A stretch of 64,000 nt of DNA from a virus. Shown in pieces: positions 1-10,388 of the stretch. Below the pieces are notes generated by a model. The model had not been told where the DNA came from, made no database searches, and worked only from the letters and a program-made list of their open reading frames with translations. Position 1 is the first letter of the stretch. Every line of letters starts with the position of its first letter. The position numbers and the translations under genes are program-made. Location of the stretch: positions 1 through 64,000 of IMG/VR virus record IMGVR_UViG_3300023174_000117, one strand, 5' to 3'.

Positions 1-4
1 AATA

Positions 5-2281
5 TTACCTCTGTCTGCTCTCTAAAGTTTTCAAAACAGACATATCTTCTCTTCCAAATGGAACGGCCCTGATGTCAGCACCAGACTTTAATATAATCTC
101 ACCTTCAGTAGACTCCATCATAATGGAACCCCTATTTCTCAAAAGCATTGGCTGTTTTGTACCTCCAGATATAACTATGCCGTGCTCCCCTATTGATATA
201 ATATAGTCTGTGCTTGCAGAAGCCTCCAGCCTATCCACTTCTTTTATTTCTGAAGAGTAAAATCCCTTATCCGTAACGTTAACTCTTAGTGTAAAGTTTC
301 CCTTGTTTAATGTTGGAGATGTAGTATTCTCCCCATTATATGTTCCACCTACGTTAAACATTACTTCGCCATCAGACTGGAAAACTAAACTTCTATTATT
401 TTGATCTTTTCCAAGCCACATAACCAATGAGCCTGCAGTATCCAAGACGAGGCTCTTTCCATCGGCATCATCAGAACCAATCGATGCTTCAAGACTTCCT
501 TCAAAGTCTATGTTGGCTGATACACCGCCGGCAGAGTTCTGTCCTGATGTAGAGGTGTCCTGAAGAGATGCCTTATTATCTGTTATCTTTGTTTTATAAT
601 AATTACTTTGTGGTTTATCGGCTGAATCTGAGGCTCCAATTATTTTTCCCGCAACGTATGTATCGCCGCCTGTTTTTACGCCTGGTGGGTCTGGACTGAC
701 AACGACTGTAGAATAAGCAAAGTCAAATTTCTCATCAACATCTTCTTTCGCTACAACTTCGAATGGTCTTCCACCGATACCTAAGAATTCTGGACTTAAG
801 ATTTTCTTATTACCTTCCGAGTCTACTGGAACGAATGTAGTTGGTATATTTATGGCTCTTATTTTGTTTGCAATAAGTCTTTCTGCGACCTCATAAATAT
901 TATGATGCTTTGTCTTATTAATTCTCACATATTCTGAATCTTGATCGGAATAAAAATATGGATTTACATCATTATTTGCAAATCTTATACCTGTATTTCT
1001 AGCGTCGGTTTCTAAATTATTTGGAACCGGATTATTTGACTCATCCCTTAGTGTTACCGGTATATATTTTTTTATCGATGGCGCTGCAGGCCTAGAGGAG
1101 ATGACAGTAGAGTCGGATCCGGATGAATAGTTTACTAGGGTGGGGAACGGCACATTTCCAGTTTTAGATGACTTTGGAACGTGCAATTTCATCACACCTT
1201 CTTTATCCAAATCTAAAACAAAATTATTTTTATTTCCACTATCTTCCGACTTAAATGATTTTGAATTTAGCTGGAAATGGTATCCAACTCCTCTTCTTGA
1301 TTTTCTAACTATATCGATGAAAGATTCGTCATTTTTTGGCAAAGACCTATTTTCATCTGCAAGAACCAAGTATCTATAATTTAAATCCAGCTGAATTCCA
1401 TTTATATCAATTAAGTTTCCCGCAACTATTTCTATCAACTCCTTCTCGGATAAGCCTATTAGATTTGTTGGATCTAGATTCTTTGAAAATCCTTCATTTT
1501 TTAAAAGCTGTTCGATTTGATTTTTATATCTAAGTAATTCATCCTCAAAGCCAGAAAACTGCGAATCCGAAGAAAATTCATTTATAACCATCCTATATTC
1601 TGATAGGGATGGATTTCTAAAAAGTCTTCCATTTGAGTTATTTATCGCAGGATAGGAGCTAAAAAATCCCATTTTTGAAGTCAGGGATAGCAGCTTTTTA
1701 TTGTAATTTAAAGAGTCTAAATCATCTGGTATAATCATGAACTTTGGAGTTCTTCTAACTTCACCCCAAAAGCCTCTTCCACCCGAATTAATAAAAATGT
1801 TGTTATTTGAAATAAACTCTGCAGAGTGCGAACCATTATTAAAGTTAAAAAATAAGCCCATCCCAAAAATATCAGCGAGGGCCATCTCCCTATCTTCTTT
1901 TAGGTGAAGGCTTGGTCCGGAATGAGAGCTGACAATCATCTCTCCTTCTTTTCCCTTCTTGTATTTTCTAGATCCTACGGGAAGATCTGAACTTATGCCT
2001 AAATTTGGATCTATGGAATTTTTTTGAGATAAAGATGGAAGTACGCCAATGATAGAAACTGTTTCTCTTGAATGTTCTCCCAAAAACGCAATTAATACTC
2101 TAGTACCTGGCTTCAGTATATTGATGATGCCATTATTTCCGGCCCCAGTTATATTCGGAAGCGGAACTTGATTGGATCTTTCTGAAGCACGAAAATCACC
2201 GTACTCTACCTCGCAAGTCATATTTTCGGGGTCAACATCTATGATTTTAGCTTCTCTGATAAGCTGTTTTATGCCTGGCAT
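5..2281 (-). CDS. Baseplate central spike protein (gp5/gpV/VgrG-like)
   Basis: 758 aa. N-terminus resembles a gp5/gpV OB-fold (IIDVDPENMTCEVEY...ILKPGTRVLIAF). C-terminus has short beta-strand repeats. Lies directly downstream of the hub gene. Confidence 0.6.
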   Translation of the reverse strand: MPGIKQLIREAKIIDVDPENMTCEVEYGDFRASERSNQVPLPNITGAGNNGIINILKPGTRVLIAFLGEHSRETVSIIGVLPSLSQKNSIDPNLGISSDLPVGSRKYKKGKEGEMIVSSHSGPSLHLKEDREMALADIFGMGLFFNFNNGSHSAEFISNNNIFINSGGRGFWGEVRRTPKFMIIPDDLDSLNYNKKLLSLTSKMGFFSSYPAINNSNGRLFRNPSLSEYRMVINEFSSDSQFSGFEDELLRYKNQIEQLLKNEGFSKNLDPTNLIGLSEKELIEIVAGNLIDINGIQLDLNYRYLVLADENRSLPKNDESFIDIVRKSRRGVGYHFQLNSKSFKSEDSGNKNNFVLDLDKEGVMKLHVPKSSKTGNVPFPTLVNYSSGSDSTVISSRPAAPSIKKYIPVTLRDESNNPVPNNLETDARNTGIRFANNDVNPYFYSDQDSEYVRINKTKHHNIYEVAERLIANKIRAINIPTTFVPVDSEGNKKILSPEFLGIGGRPFEVVAKEDVDEKFDFAYSTVVVSPDPPGVKTGGDTYVAGKIIGASDSADKPQSNYYKTKITDNKASLQDTSTSGQNSAGGVSANIDFEGSLEASIGSDDADGKSLVLDTAGSLVMWLGKDQNNRSLVFQSDGEVMFNVGGTYNGENTTSPTLNKGNFTLRVNVTDKGFYSSEIKEVDRLEASASTDYIISIGEHGIVISGGTKQPMLLRNRGSIMMESTEGEIILKSGADIRAVPFGREDMSVLKTLESRQR

Positions 2282-2285
2282 CTGA

Positions 2286-5200
2286 TTATATTCCTGTAGA
2301 CAATGTTACCGAATTACCTAGTGATGTTAGAAGATCTGATGAAGCTTTATCAAGATCTAATAAGCCTATCTCTATAGTTCTCTCAAGAGCATTTATAGAA
2401 AGACCGACATAATTTTCCGACTCTTCCCTTGCTTTAAAAATAGAGGCTTGCTTTGGTCCGCCTTTTGGAAATTGATCTATAATTTTAGAAACATCAACAG
2501 TTTTTCCAGTGGCCCTAAATCTCCCGATATCCTTACTCGAAATGCAGTTTACTCTACTTAATTGAGGATTATCAACTGAGGAGGAGTCTTTACTTAAATA
2601 CGATATTTGTTCTATTATTTGATAATCTTGTATTTTTGGTGCGGTAATTCCATTCGGTAAAACTATCGGTGCCAAATCTTTTGAGTTTCCAATTGGAGAT
2701 ACTGTCCTGACTATAGAACTAACTGAATCATATAGATCGTCGCCAAGTGCCGTAGAGTTTGTTTGAGTCAACATTACAGGATTTAAAAATAATGATTTAA
2801 CGATATCGATTCTCTTCTGGACTTCATTTATCAAAGATGAGTCCTTCCCATCTTTGACGAAACCTCTTATGAGAAGTTTTCTATTTCCGGTTATAATTCC
2901 AGTGGAAAGATCTGTAATCATATTGTAAAATGCTGTCTGATTACCCTTGTAAGACAATAAGGCGTCAACATTATTTTCTGATATTTGTGTTCCAAATGGG
3001 AATATTATGCAACTATCTGGCTCTAATACCCTGTATTTATCATCTCCAAGTGTAGTTCTTACATTGATAAAATCGCCATTTTTCAAAAATTGTTTATTAT
3101 ACTGCTCACCAATTATATCTATTGGTGTTGGTAAATATATGCCTGGAGGATGACCATATTCAAGCGCCAAACTAGTTGTAAATTTAGAGCCTATTGAGAA
3201 TGAATGAGCTACCCTCGTAACATAAAAAAGTAAGCCTTTCGATGGAATATAGACGGTATCTCCAGGTTGATAATATTCATTCCCGGCTAAAGTTACGGAT
3301 CCAGAAAAAATCTTAACTCGCTGCATCATCATGTGTAGGAGCGCCAGTGGCTTGGAGACATATTCTGCGCTATTTGAAAATGGCACGTTTACGGTCTTTG
3401 GCCTATATCCATATTGCCTCCAAAGATCAAAGTCTGTGGCTCCCGCCCAGAACATAAGATTTTCGCCACCATATATGCTTTTTAGAGACTCATCTATAAG
3501 CGAAGCTTGTCCAAAGACATCTATTCTAGTATAGTCTGGAGGACGCTCCTCCATACTCATATCTTCTATCTCTTCATCCTGAATGATATATCTTCTTCCG
3601 GAGCCTGGACCAAGAAGATTTTTAGTATCATCTTCTATTAAGTGGTCAAATAGTGTACTACTAAATGCATCTCCTGACATTAAATCATTTAGTGAAGAAA
3701 CTGCTTTTCGCATGTTTGGCAGGGCGCTACCAACATTCTCCTCAAAAACTTGATCAAAGACATCCTGGTCAGACACTTCAGAGAAGCCGCTAACTAGGTT
3801 ATCATTTATTTGCTCAAGCTCACTTTGCTTTTCAAGGTTTGTTTTTAAAATGGTTACGAGAACATTTCTTCCGGAGATTGCCTTTTCCAGCTCCGCAAAT
3901 ATCCGATCTACCTTCTGAGTTATAACGTCAATATCGACAACCTGCTCGTCATTTCCTGTTGGTAGCTTGTATACCAAATCTTTAGATGTTATGGTCTTTC
4001 CATTATCAAGAGAAAAACCCATAAGAGGATCTATGCCTGTCGTCTTTAAAAATTGCTGTCTTAAACTCTCTATCTTCTCCGCATCTACTTTTAGATACGA
4101 AGAATTTTGACTTAGATTTGTAGATGCAATATCATTCGTAGAAATATCACGAATTAGCTCTACGGCAAGATCATAGTTTGTGCTTCCTGGCTCGCCACCA
4201 AGCCCTCCTGCAGGTTTTGATTCTAGGAAAAATGTACTAAAATCACCAATGAGGTCTGTAATATTTCCGGATGTAGAATCCTTTCTTGAATCAAGAATAT
4301 CAATATCTACAAAAAGATCGAATGTTTTTGTTTCGTTTATTAAGTTAGATGTTCCGTTGGAGCTATATGTTATATCGCTTCCAAATGACTTCTTCTGATC
4401 TTGTCCTAGCCTTACACCAAAGAAGTTTAAGGACGCCTCGCCATAAGAACTGGAAATATTTAATGCCTCATTTATTGTTGGGAGCGGAATGAGTGATGCG
4501 TCCGGATATCTTCCTATGAGTAAGGCAAGTATAACTATTTTTATATTATATGCGCTAATTTCTGCCTTCAGCGAACCAACCCTTGTTTCGAACAATTTAA
4601 ATAGAAAATCCGGAACAATTTTGTTGTTGGTCGTGCTTTGATATTTGTACATTGCATTAAGAACGCTTAGCGGAGTTCTGTTCCATAACGGTGGTCTAAG
4701 CTCCAAGTGTCCTTGAGAATTACAGAAAAATTCAAAACCAGTAACTTCAACTAAATTTGCAATTCTATCCAAAACTGGCATGTAACTGGCCTTGAATAGG
4801 CTAAAGTTCTGTCTCTTTAAATTTAGTGCCGCAAGCTTTATCTCTGTATTGGCATCATAAAGATCTGATATAATTAAGTAATTACTATCTCTATTTAGCT
4901 TAACGTCTTCTATTCTTCTTTGTGATGAAACAATGGACATAGCCCTATTGACATCATAATCTGATGTATTGCCGGGGCCACTAACGCTATAATCATTAAA
5001 AAATCCCTGGTTAAATACTTGAGATACGTCTTGTCCAGTAGATTTTCTTGCTATATTAACTTCTGCATCAATTTGTGCATTTATAAGATTTAACTCAGCC
5101 TGAAGAGTGGCAATAATCATACCTTTCTGTTGTGAAAGCGAAGAGGAACCACCACGCAGCTTTTCTATTTTTGATTTGATTTTATTCTTTTTTTGCCTTA

Positions 5201-7181
5201 ACACTGAAATTTGATTTTTTGAACTCTCCGTAGAAAAGAAATCTCCAGTAAATTGATTTAATGTTTTCTGAGATAATGTAATAAGTCTATATGGTTTAAA
5301 ATTTCCATAATATCTATTTTGATTTCTTATCGAATTTAATATTGATGATAATGCAGAGGTTGGATTAAAAGAACCATCTTTCTTAACTAAATTCATTGCT
5401 TCAAATGCAAGCTTTGTAAACGTCTCTACATTGTATGGCTGACCAGTAACAAGAGTGCTAATAGCGTTTGCAACATCAAGATTTGATACCGCTGAATCTG
5501 AAACCAACATACCATATATCTGTTGCAAATTTCTTTGGTTTGCTAGGCTTGCAGAATCGCTACCACTTTTAATATCAGCAGTTGCCGTAATTACGCCGGT
5601 CTTCCACCTATATATTAAGCCTTGCGGATGCTGAATTATTCTACTTCCAAAGAGAGAACCAGCATCATTATATTGACCCTGATATATATTGGATTCTGTT
5701 GCATTACTTCCGGCTAATATACCAGAATCAAAGCTTAACAAACCGCTTCTTAGAAGCTCTTTATTCTCCTGCAGAAGTTCCGGCGCTCCAGTTAGAATTA
5801 TCTCTCCAGTCTCATCCTTCTTTAGGTCATATGGCGTAAGAGGATCTTCTAAGACACCTCTCGGATCATTAAGTGTTGGATCCTCCATGTACCTAGACCA
5901 TGTTAGCCACTCCATATTGCTGGAGCAAGAAACCTTTATGGAGTTACCACTTGCTGGAGAGAATGTTTCACTAATACCTTTGACAAATCCACCAAAAACG
6001 TGAATCATATCAAAAGAGTCTGATAACTTTCTTATCCTCTTATATGTATCTAAATCTATAAAGTTATTTGTAAATAATCTTTTTTCCGCCTCAAGAATTG
6101 AATCATCTATTTTGAAATAAGACTCATCTGGCGAAATTGCGAAGGATGAATCATTTTTAGATGAATTTTCAACGTACTTATTTCCCTTTACGTAAAAATG
6201 AACGGCGTCGCCGACGTTAATTATTGTTTTACCCAGATAGAATATTCTTAGCCTCTCCCTTATATAATCAACGTCTATTGTTGGATCTAGACTTCCAAGT
6301 CCCGCCAACTCAAAGGCAGAAGAAACTATAAGCGTTGTATCTAAAGGTGGTGTGGTCATAGCACCATAGGCTAAATCATTAAGAAGACCCAGTGTTCCGA
6401 GAAGTGCTTCTCTTATGGCAGTTTCTATATCCTCCTCTATTATGTTAAGAATTCTATAGGGATCCTGTATGGAAAAATCTCCACCACCGCCGGTTGGAGT
6501 AACTACGGAGTTGCATGAAAAATTTGTAAAATTACACAGCTCAATGACACCGGTTCCTGGTCCAGTCTGATAATTATCCACATTATCAGGATCTACAATC
6601 CAAGATGTTAGATAATTTTGAGAAGAAAAAGTATTTCTCCTTAAAACTTTTATGACATCTTCCTTCAATGCATCATAATTAAGGTCTGAAAATGTTGCAG
6701 AAATTAAGTCGACAAATCCTGAAATCTGTTGCTTTCTTCCTGCGCTTGCTATATCCAGATATTTCGCAGAATTCAAGGTATCTATAAATATGTTTAGGTT
6801 TACTTCCCCATATTCATTCATAAAGCTATTCAACTTCGTCAGAGACTCGTAGGCCCTTATTTGATTTACCTTATAAGCAAAGAGGGCTTTTGTGGCTCTC
6901 AAAAGCATTTTTTCAGTACGATCCATCCATTTTAAATCGTTATTTGCACTGAACGTAGAGAAGGCCTTTTTCTTTATAAGAACGGTTGAATTTGGCGATT
7001 GTGCAACAAAAGATCTGTTTTTTGGTTTCGTAGATTTAGCCCTATTTTGATCTAAAAATACAGATACGCCAGATTCGACCAGGTATAGAGGCGAATCTCC
7101 CGTTAGAAGCTTATCAATGGTGCCATTTATTGCACCATCAACATTTCTCTTTAAATCAAGATATGATGGAATATAACTCAT
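2286..7181 (-). CDS. Large baseplate hub protein (gp27/gpD-like)
   Basis: 1631 aa. Hub-like C-terminal motif SGSVTLAGNEYYQPGDTVYI...FYVTRVAHSFS...FTTSLAL. Positioned between the tube initiator and the spike. Confidence 0.6.
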   Translation of the reverse strand: MSYIPSYLDLKRNVDGAINGTIDKLLTGDSPLYLVESGVSVFLDQNRAKSTKPKNRSFVAQSPNSTVLIKKKAFSTFSANNDLKWMDRTEKMLLRATKALFAYKVNQIRAYESLTKLNSFMNEYGEVNLNIFIDTLNSAKYLDIASAGRKQQISGFVDLISATFSDLNYDALKEDVIKVLRRNTFSSQNYLTSWIVDPDNVDNYQTGPGTGVIELCNFTNFSCNSVVTPTGGGGDFSIQDPYRILNIIEEDIETAIREALLGTLGLLNDLAYGAMTTPPLDTTLIVSSAFELAGLGSLDPTIDVDYIRERLRIFYLGKTIINVGDAVHFYVKGNKYVENSSKNDSSFAISPDESYFKIDDSILEAEKRLFTNNFIDLDTYKRIRKLSDSFDMIHVFGGFVKGISETFSPASGNSIKVSCSSNMEWLTWSRYMEDPTLNDPRGVLEDPLTPYDLKKDETGEIILTGAPELLQENKELLRSGLLSFDSGILAGSNATESNIYQGQYNDAGSLFGSRIIQHPQGLIYRWKTGVITATADIKSGSDSASLANQRNLQQIYGMLVSDSAVSNLDVANAISTLVTGQPYNVETFTKLAFEAMNLVKKDGSFNPTSALSSILNSIRNQNRYYGNFKPYRLITLSQKTLNQFTGDFFSTESSKNQISVLRQKKNKIKSKIEKLRGGSSSLSQQKGMIIATLQAELNLINAQIDAEVNIARKSTGQDVSQVFNQGFFNDYSVSGPGNTSDYDVNRAMSIVSSQRRIEDVKLNRDSNYLIISDLYDANTEIKLAALNLKRQNFSLFKASYMPVLDRIANLVEVTGFEFFCNSQGHLELRPPLWNRTPLSVLNAMYKYQSTTNNKIVPDFLFKLFETRVGSLKAEISAYNIKIVILALLIGRYPDASLIPLPTINEALNISSSYGEASLNFFGVRLGQDQKKSFGSDITYSSNGTSNLINETKTFDLFVDIDILDSRKDSTSGNITDLIGDFSTFFLESKPAGGLGGEPGSTNYDLAVELIRDISTNDIASTNLSQNSSYLKVDAEKIESLRQQFLKTTGIDPLMGFSLDNGKTITSKDLVYKLPTGNDEQVVDIDVITQKVDRIFAELEKAISGRNVLVTILKTNLEKQSELEQINDNLVSGFSEVSDQDVFDQVFEENVGSALPNMRKAVSSLNDLMSGDAFSSTLFDHLIEDDTKNLLGPGSGRRYIIQDEEIEDMSMEERPPDYTRIDVFGQASLIDESLKSIYGGENLMFWAGATDFDLWRQYGYRPKTVNVPFSNSAEYVSKPLALLHMMMQRVKIFSGSVTLAGNEYYQPGDTVYIPSKGLLFYVTRVAHSFSIGSKFTTSLALEYGHPPGIYLPTPIDIIGEQYNKQFLKNGDFINVRTTLGDDKYRVLEPDSCIIFPFGTQISENNVDALLSYKGNQTAFYNMITDLSTGIITGNRKLLIRGFVKDGKDSSLINEVQKRIDIVKSLFLNPVMLTQTNSTALGDDLYDSVSSIVRTVSPIGNSKDLAPIVLPNGITAPKIQDYQIIEQISYLSKDSSSVDNPQLSRVNCISSKDIGRFRATGKTVDVSKIIDQFPKGGPKQASIFKAREESENYVGLSINALERTIEIGLLDLDKASSDLLTSLGNSVTLSTGI

Positions 7182-7203
7182 TATTTTATTTTACTATTTT
7201 TAA

Positions 7204-8118
7204 TTATTTTTTTGATGAAAGGTCACTAAATCTAGATAACGATCTTTGATTTGGATCCTTTTGACCAGATTGATCTTCAACTATTGTTGTTGAAGTTTTT
7301 AAGATATTTGAATCACTTACTGGAGTCGTATATGGAAATGAAAGCGAAGAGCCATATGGAGCATATATAGAGTTAGACTGGACAGGCTGGCCAGACTCGT
7401 TTGTTGGAGACTTATGCCAGGGCATAAAATTATTTCTTTCGCCGACGCTTCTAAGTGCTCTAAAAGAGAAGTTGTAACCGAAATGCCCTGGCTCTTGAGC
7501 TGATTCGGTAACTGAAAAGTCGGTAAAAAAACCTCTATGAATTTCACCCTGAAAACACATATCAACAGAAACTGCGAAAGACGCCAATGTTGGCGTTTGA
7601 GTTCTAACTTGTGAGGAATCACTTGTTGTTATTGCGGTAGGATCTTTTAAAAATTCTATCGTCTCACTAACCGAATTAATTACTTCGGAGACAACTCCAT
7701 CAAAAAGAATATCTCCTGCTGCAACAAGACCTTCTGAAAAGCTGGCCTGAGAAGCTAAGTCGCTCAGTATAGCCCCACTTTCTTCAGCAAGTTGCCTTTG
7801 TCTTTCGAGAAGTATTTTTTTAAATTGAATCTGCTCGTTTCGATAAACACTTCTAAGTATATTTATCGCCTCAATACCTCCAGAGCCGGTTATACCTCTG
7901 ACAGTAAAATTTGTTAATTTCTCTCCCCAATACTGAATAATGAAACCACCAAGTGTTTGTGACTCTTGAATTATTTTGTTATCTGCCCTTGTAACATCTT
8001 GGGGGTTTATATAGAGTGGAATAACCAGTCTTCCACTTGAATTATTAGAAATAACTGTAGAATAATTAACTGGTAATAAAAATTTTATAGTCTCTCTTTT
8101 TATTTTTCCCATGAACAT
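7204..8118 (-). CDS. Tail tube initiator / baseplate-tube junction protein
   Basis: 304 aa. LYINPQ...QTLGGFIIQYWGE and GFFTDFSVTESAQEP...YNFSF patterns suggest a tube-fold initiator. Directly follows the tape measure gene. Confidence 0.5.
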   Translation of the reverse strand: MFMGKIKRETIKFLLPVNYSTVISNNSSGRLVIPLYINPQDVTRADNKIIQESQTLGGFIIQYWGEKLTNFTVRGITGSGGIEAINILRSVYRNEQIQFKKILLERQRQLAEESGAILSDLASQASFSEGLVAAGDILFDGVVSEVINSVSETIEFLKDPTAITTSDSSQVRTQTPTLASFAVSVDMCFQGEIHRGFFTDFSVTESAQEPGHFGYNFSFRALRSVGERNNFMPWHKSPTNESGQPVQSNSIYAPYGSSLSFPYTTPVSDSNILKTSTTIVEDQSGQKDPNQRSLSRFSDLSSKK

Positions 8119-8151
8119 ATATTATTTATTAATATGTTTAAAAATTATATT

Positions 8152-9966
8152 TTACCCGTTAGTTAGTCGAGTGCCACTTCTAGCGGCTTGTACTAGACCT
8201 GGAGCTGCATCTATTAAGGACGGCTGTTCTCCTGGAACTATAATTATGGCCTTTCCTTGTGGAATAGCATTTCCACTCATACTTATGTTGTAGACGTTAT
8301 TACCTGCAGTATACCTTTGAGAGCCTCCTGATGGACCAGTCTCTTCTTCTGGACTAAAGTCATATGGCGTGGATAGTTCTTTTAGAAGCCTCTCTGTTTT
8401 ATCGCCATTTCCTTCGAAAAGTGCTTTTGTAGCAATTTCTCTAGCCTCTCCAACTACACCAGATAGCTTGGCCATTCCCTCTCTATATACATCAAACATA
8501 CTTCTTTTATCGCCATCTTCTCCACCAACATATTGCACTCCACCTTCAGATCTCAATAGAGATTCGACCATCTGCTGCTGCAAATAACTTTGTTTAACAT
8601 GCTCTGAGAAGCTACCGGCAGCTATGGCTCCAAGTTTTTCTTGAAGGGATTTAGTCTTTTCTCTGAACTCTTTTCCGTCATTAAGTTGTTCCGCAAGTTG
8701 TGCAGCCCTATCCCTATCTCCTGTTGTTGTAGCCTCATCTATTGATTGAAGTAAGCTTAATGTTTGTTGCTGATCGCCCTGGTTGCTTATGCCGAATACT
8801 CCGGATAACATCTGTTCTTGAGCATAATACTGCTGTTGTAGGGCAGGATTTTTTGCGGCTTCTTCAAGAGTGATTATGGAACCTCCGGTGAAATTTGCGA
8901 TCGTATCCTTCATGGCCTTTACAAGGTCCAAACCGGTCTGTTCCTGCTGTTCTGGGGTCTGGTTCATCATAGAGGCTCTAAATCCAATAGACGCCCCTAA
9001 AACGCCACCGCCGCCGCCAAAATCAAGTCCTCCCTGCTGGAATAGAACATAAGCTTTTCCATAGCTGCTGGCTGCATCCATAAGGCTGTTTGACAAAGTT
9101 TGAGTTAAGCCTGAGGCATTTTCTATACCGATTCCAGCCTCCTTCATAACCTTTGCGAAGCCTTCTAGGGCCGGCTTTGCAAAGTCAACTGTAATGCCTA
9201 ATTTCGAAAATCCGTTTACAGCATAATTTAACGAATTTGATATTTCCTCGACACCGAGGCCAGTTTCTTTTGAAATTTCTTTATAATCGGCAATAGACAT
9301 AATTGCTTCATCAAAAGACATACCCTGCTTATTTACCATCTCATTCAGTCTTTGATAATAAGCGTAAGTATCAAGACCAGAAGTCTCCTGCAGCACGGCC
9401 GTCATTTGCTCTGCTTTTAAAGAAACCCCATCAAGAGTGTAAGAGTAATCTAAGAATTCACTTGATGATGATTTTAAATTAGCTGATAGGAGTTTAAAAG
9501 ATTGCCTAGTCTCCTCCGTATTTATAAACAGACCACCTTTGGTAAGTTCGCTATTTACTTTTGCGATTTCAGATATTCGATCAGTTAACTCTATCGCTTT
9601 TTCAGTTCCATATCCAAAGCTTGCGGCATATTTATAATTCTCTTCTATCAGACCTCTGTATGCCTGCCCTCTTTTATCGACTTCTTCCGCCACTCCAATT
9701 ATCGTTCTTCCAACACCAGTAAAAAGAGTTTGTACTTCTTGTATTGAATTTAAAAATGTTTCACTAAATGGAGTTGAGCCTGCAAGGGTTTTCGTTAACC
9801 CAAGGACTCCAGACATGGCGTTATCTACAGCTCCCAACATATTTCTCATGTTGGAAAAAGTTTTTTCGGAATTAAGCAACATATCTGTCATTGCCGAATC
9901 GAAATTTCCAATATTCTGTATTATTTTGAGAAGATTTGTCTGAATTTCTTCTGCCGCAGTGGCCAT
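8152..9966 (-). CDS. Tape measure protein
   Basis: 604 aa, helical and Ala/Gln/Gly-rich. Canonical position after the tube and chaperone genes. Confidence 0.65.
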   Translation of the reverse strand: MATAAEEIQTNLLKIIQNIGNFDSAMTDMLLNSEKTFSNMRNMLGAVDNAMSGVLGLTKTLAGSTPFSETFLNSIQEVQTLFTGVGRTIIGVAEEVDKRGQAYRGLIEENYKYAASFGYGTEKAIELTDRISEIAKVNSELTKGGLFINTEETRQSFKLLSANLKSSSSEFLDYSYTLDGVSLKAEQMTAVLQETSGLDTYAYYQRLNEMVNKQGMSFDEAIMSIADYKEISKETGLGVEEISNSLNYAVNGFSKLGITVDFAKPALEGFAKVMKEAGIGIENASGLTQTLSNSLMDAASSYGKAYVLFQQGGLDFGGGGGVLGASIGFRASMMNQTPEQQEQTGLDLVKAMKDTIANFTGGSIITLEEAAKNPALQQQYYAQEQMLSGVFGISNQGDQQQTLSLLQSIDEATTTGDRDRAAQLAEQLNDGKEFREKTKSLQEKLGAIAAGSFSEHVKQSYLQQQMVESLLRSEGGVQYVGGEDGDKRSMFDVYREGMAKLSGVVGEAREIATKALFEGNGDKTERLLKELSTPYDFSPEEETGPSGGSQRYTAGNNVYNISMSGNAIPQGKAIIIVPGEQPSLIDAAPGLVQAARSGTRLTNG

Positions 9967-10382
9967 TAAATTCCTTCCTTGATCATTCTATTTAAATTAA
10001 TAGAGTGCAATGGTAAAGAATTTTGCTCACTGTCAGACTGAGAAGAATCCTTAATTCTTCTTATTGCATCAACGAGAGGATTATTCTTGTAATCTTGATT
10101 TGCAATAATATCTATAAACTCTTCATCTGTAATCTTAGAGTCAAGCTCTTTTTGTTTTCTTGCTTCTTGAACTTTCTTCACGGATTCTGGGTTCCAATAG
10201 GAAGCTATATAATCAGAGATGGTTATCTTTTCTTCCAGTTCATCTGCTTTATCTTTGGCGATATTTGCGCAAAGCCAAGCCCATTGAACAGAAGATATTC
10301 TGTCAAACATAGGATCATCTACATTGCATCTCCAGATTTTACAGAGCTCCCAACGTACCCTATGATGCGGGAGCTCTACTAT
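9966..10382 (-). CDS. Tail assembly chaperone, -1 frameshift extension (gpGT-like C-terminal part)
   Basis: The -1 frame is open from the slippery A7 site (IVELPHHRVRWELCKIWRCNVDDP) into the listed ORF MFDRISSVQW (9966..10310). Predicted fusion is 313 aa. Confidence 0.75.
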   Translation of the reverse strand: MVELPHHRVRWELCKIWRCNVDDPMFDRISSVQWAWLCANIAKDKADELEEKITISDYIASYWNPESVKKVQEARKQKELDSKITDEEFIDIIANQDYKNNPLVDAIRRIKDSSQSDSEQNSLPLHSINLNRMIKEGI

Positions 10383-10388
10383 TTTTTT
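10343..10388 (-). promoter_or_regulatory. Programmed -1 ribosomal frameshift signal
   Basis: Minus strand reads GTA AAA AAA TAG (A AAA AAA heptamer, 10382-10388). A 9-bp stem AGAGCTCCC/GGGAGCTCT (10343-10377) starts 4 nt later. Confidence 0.75.
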
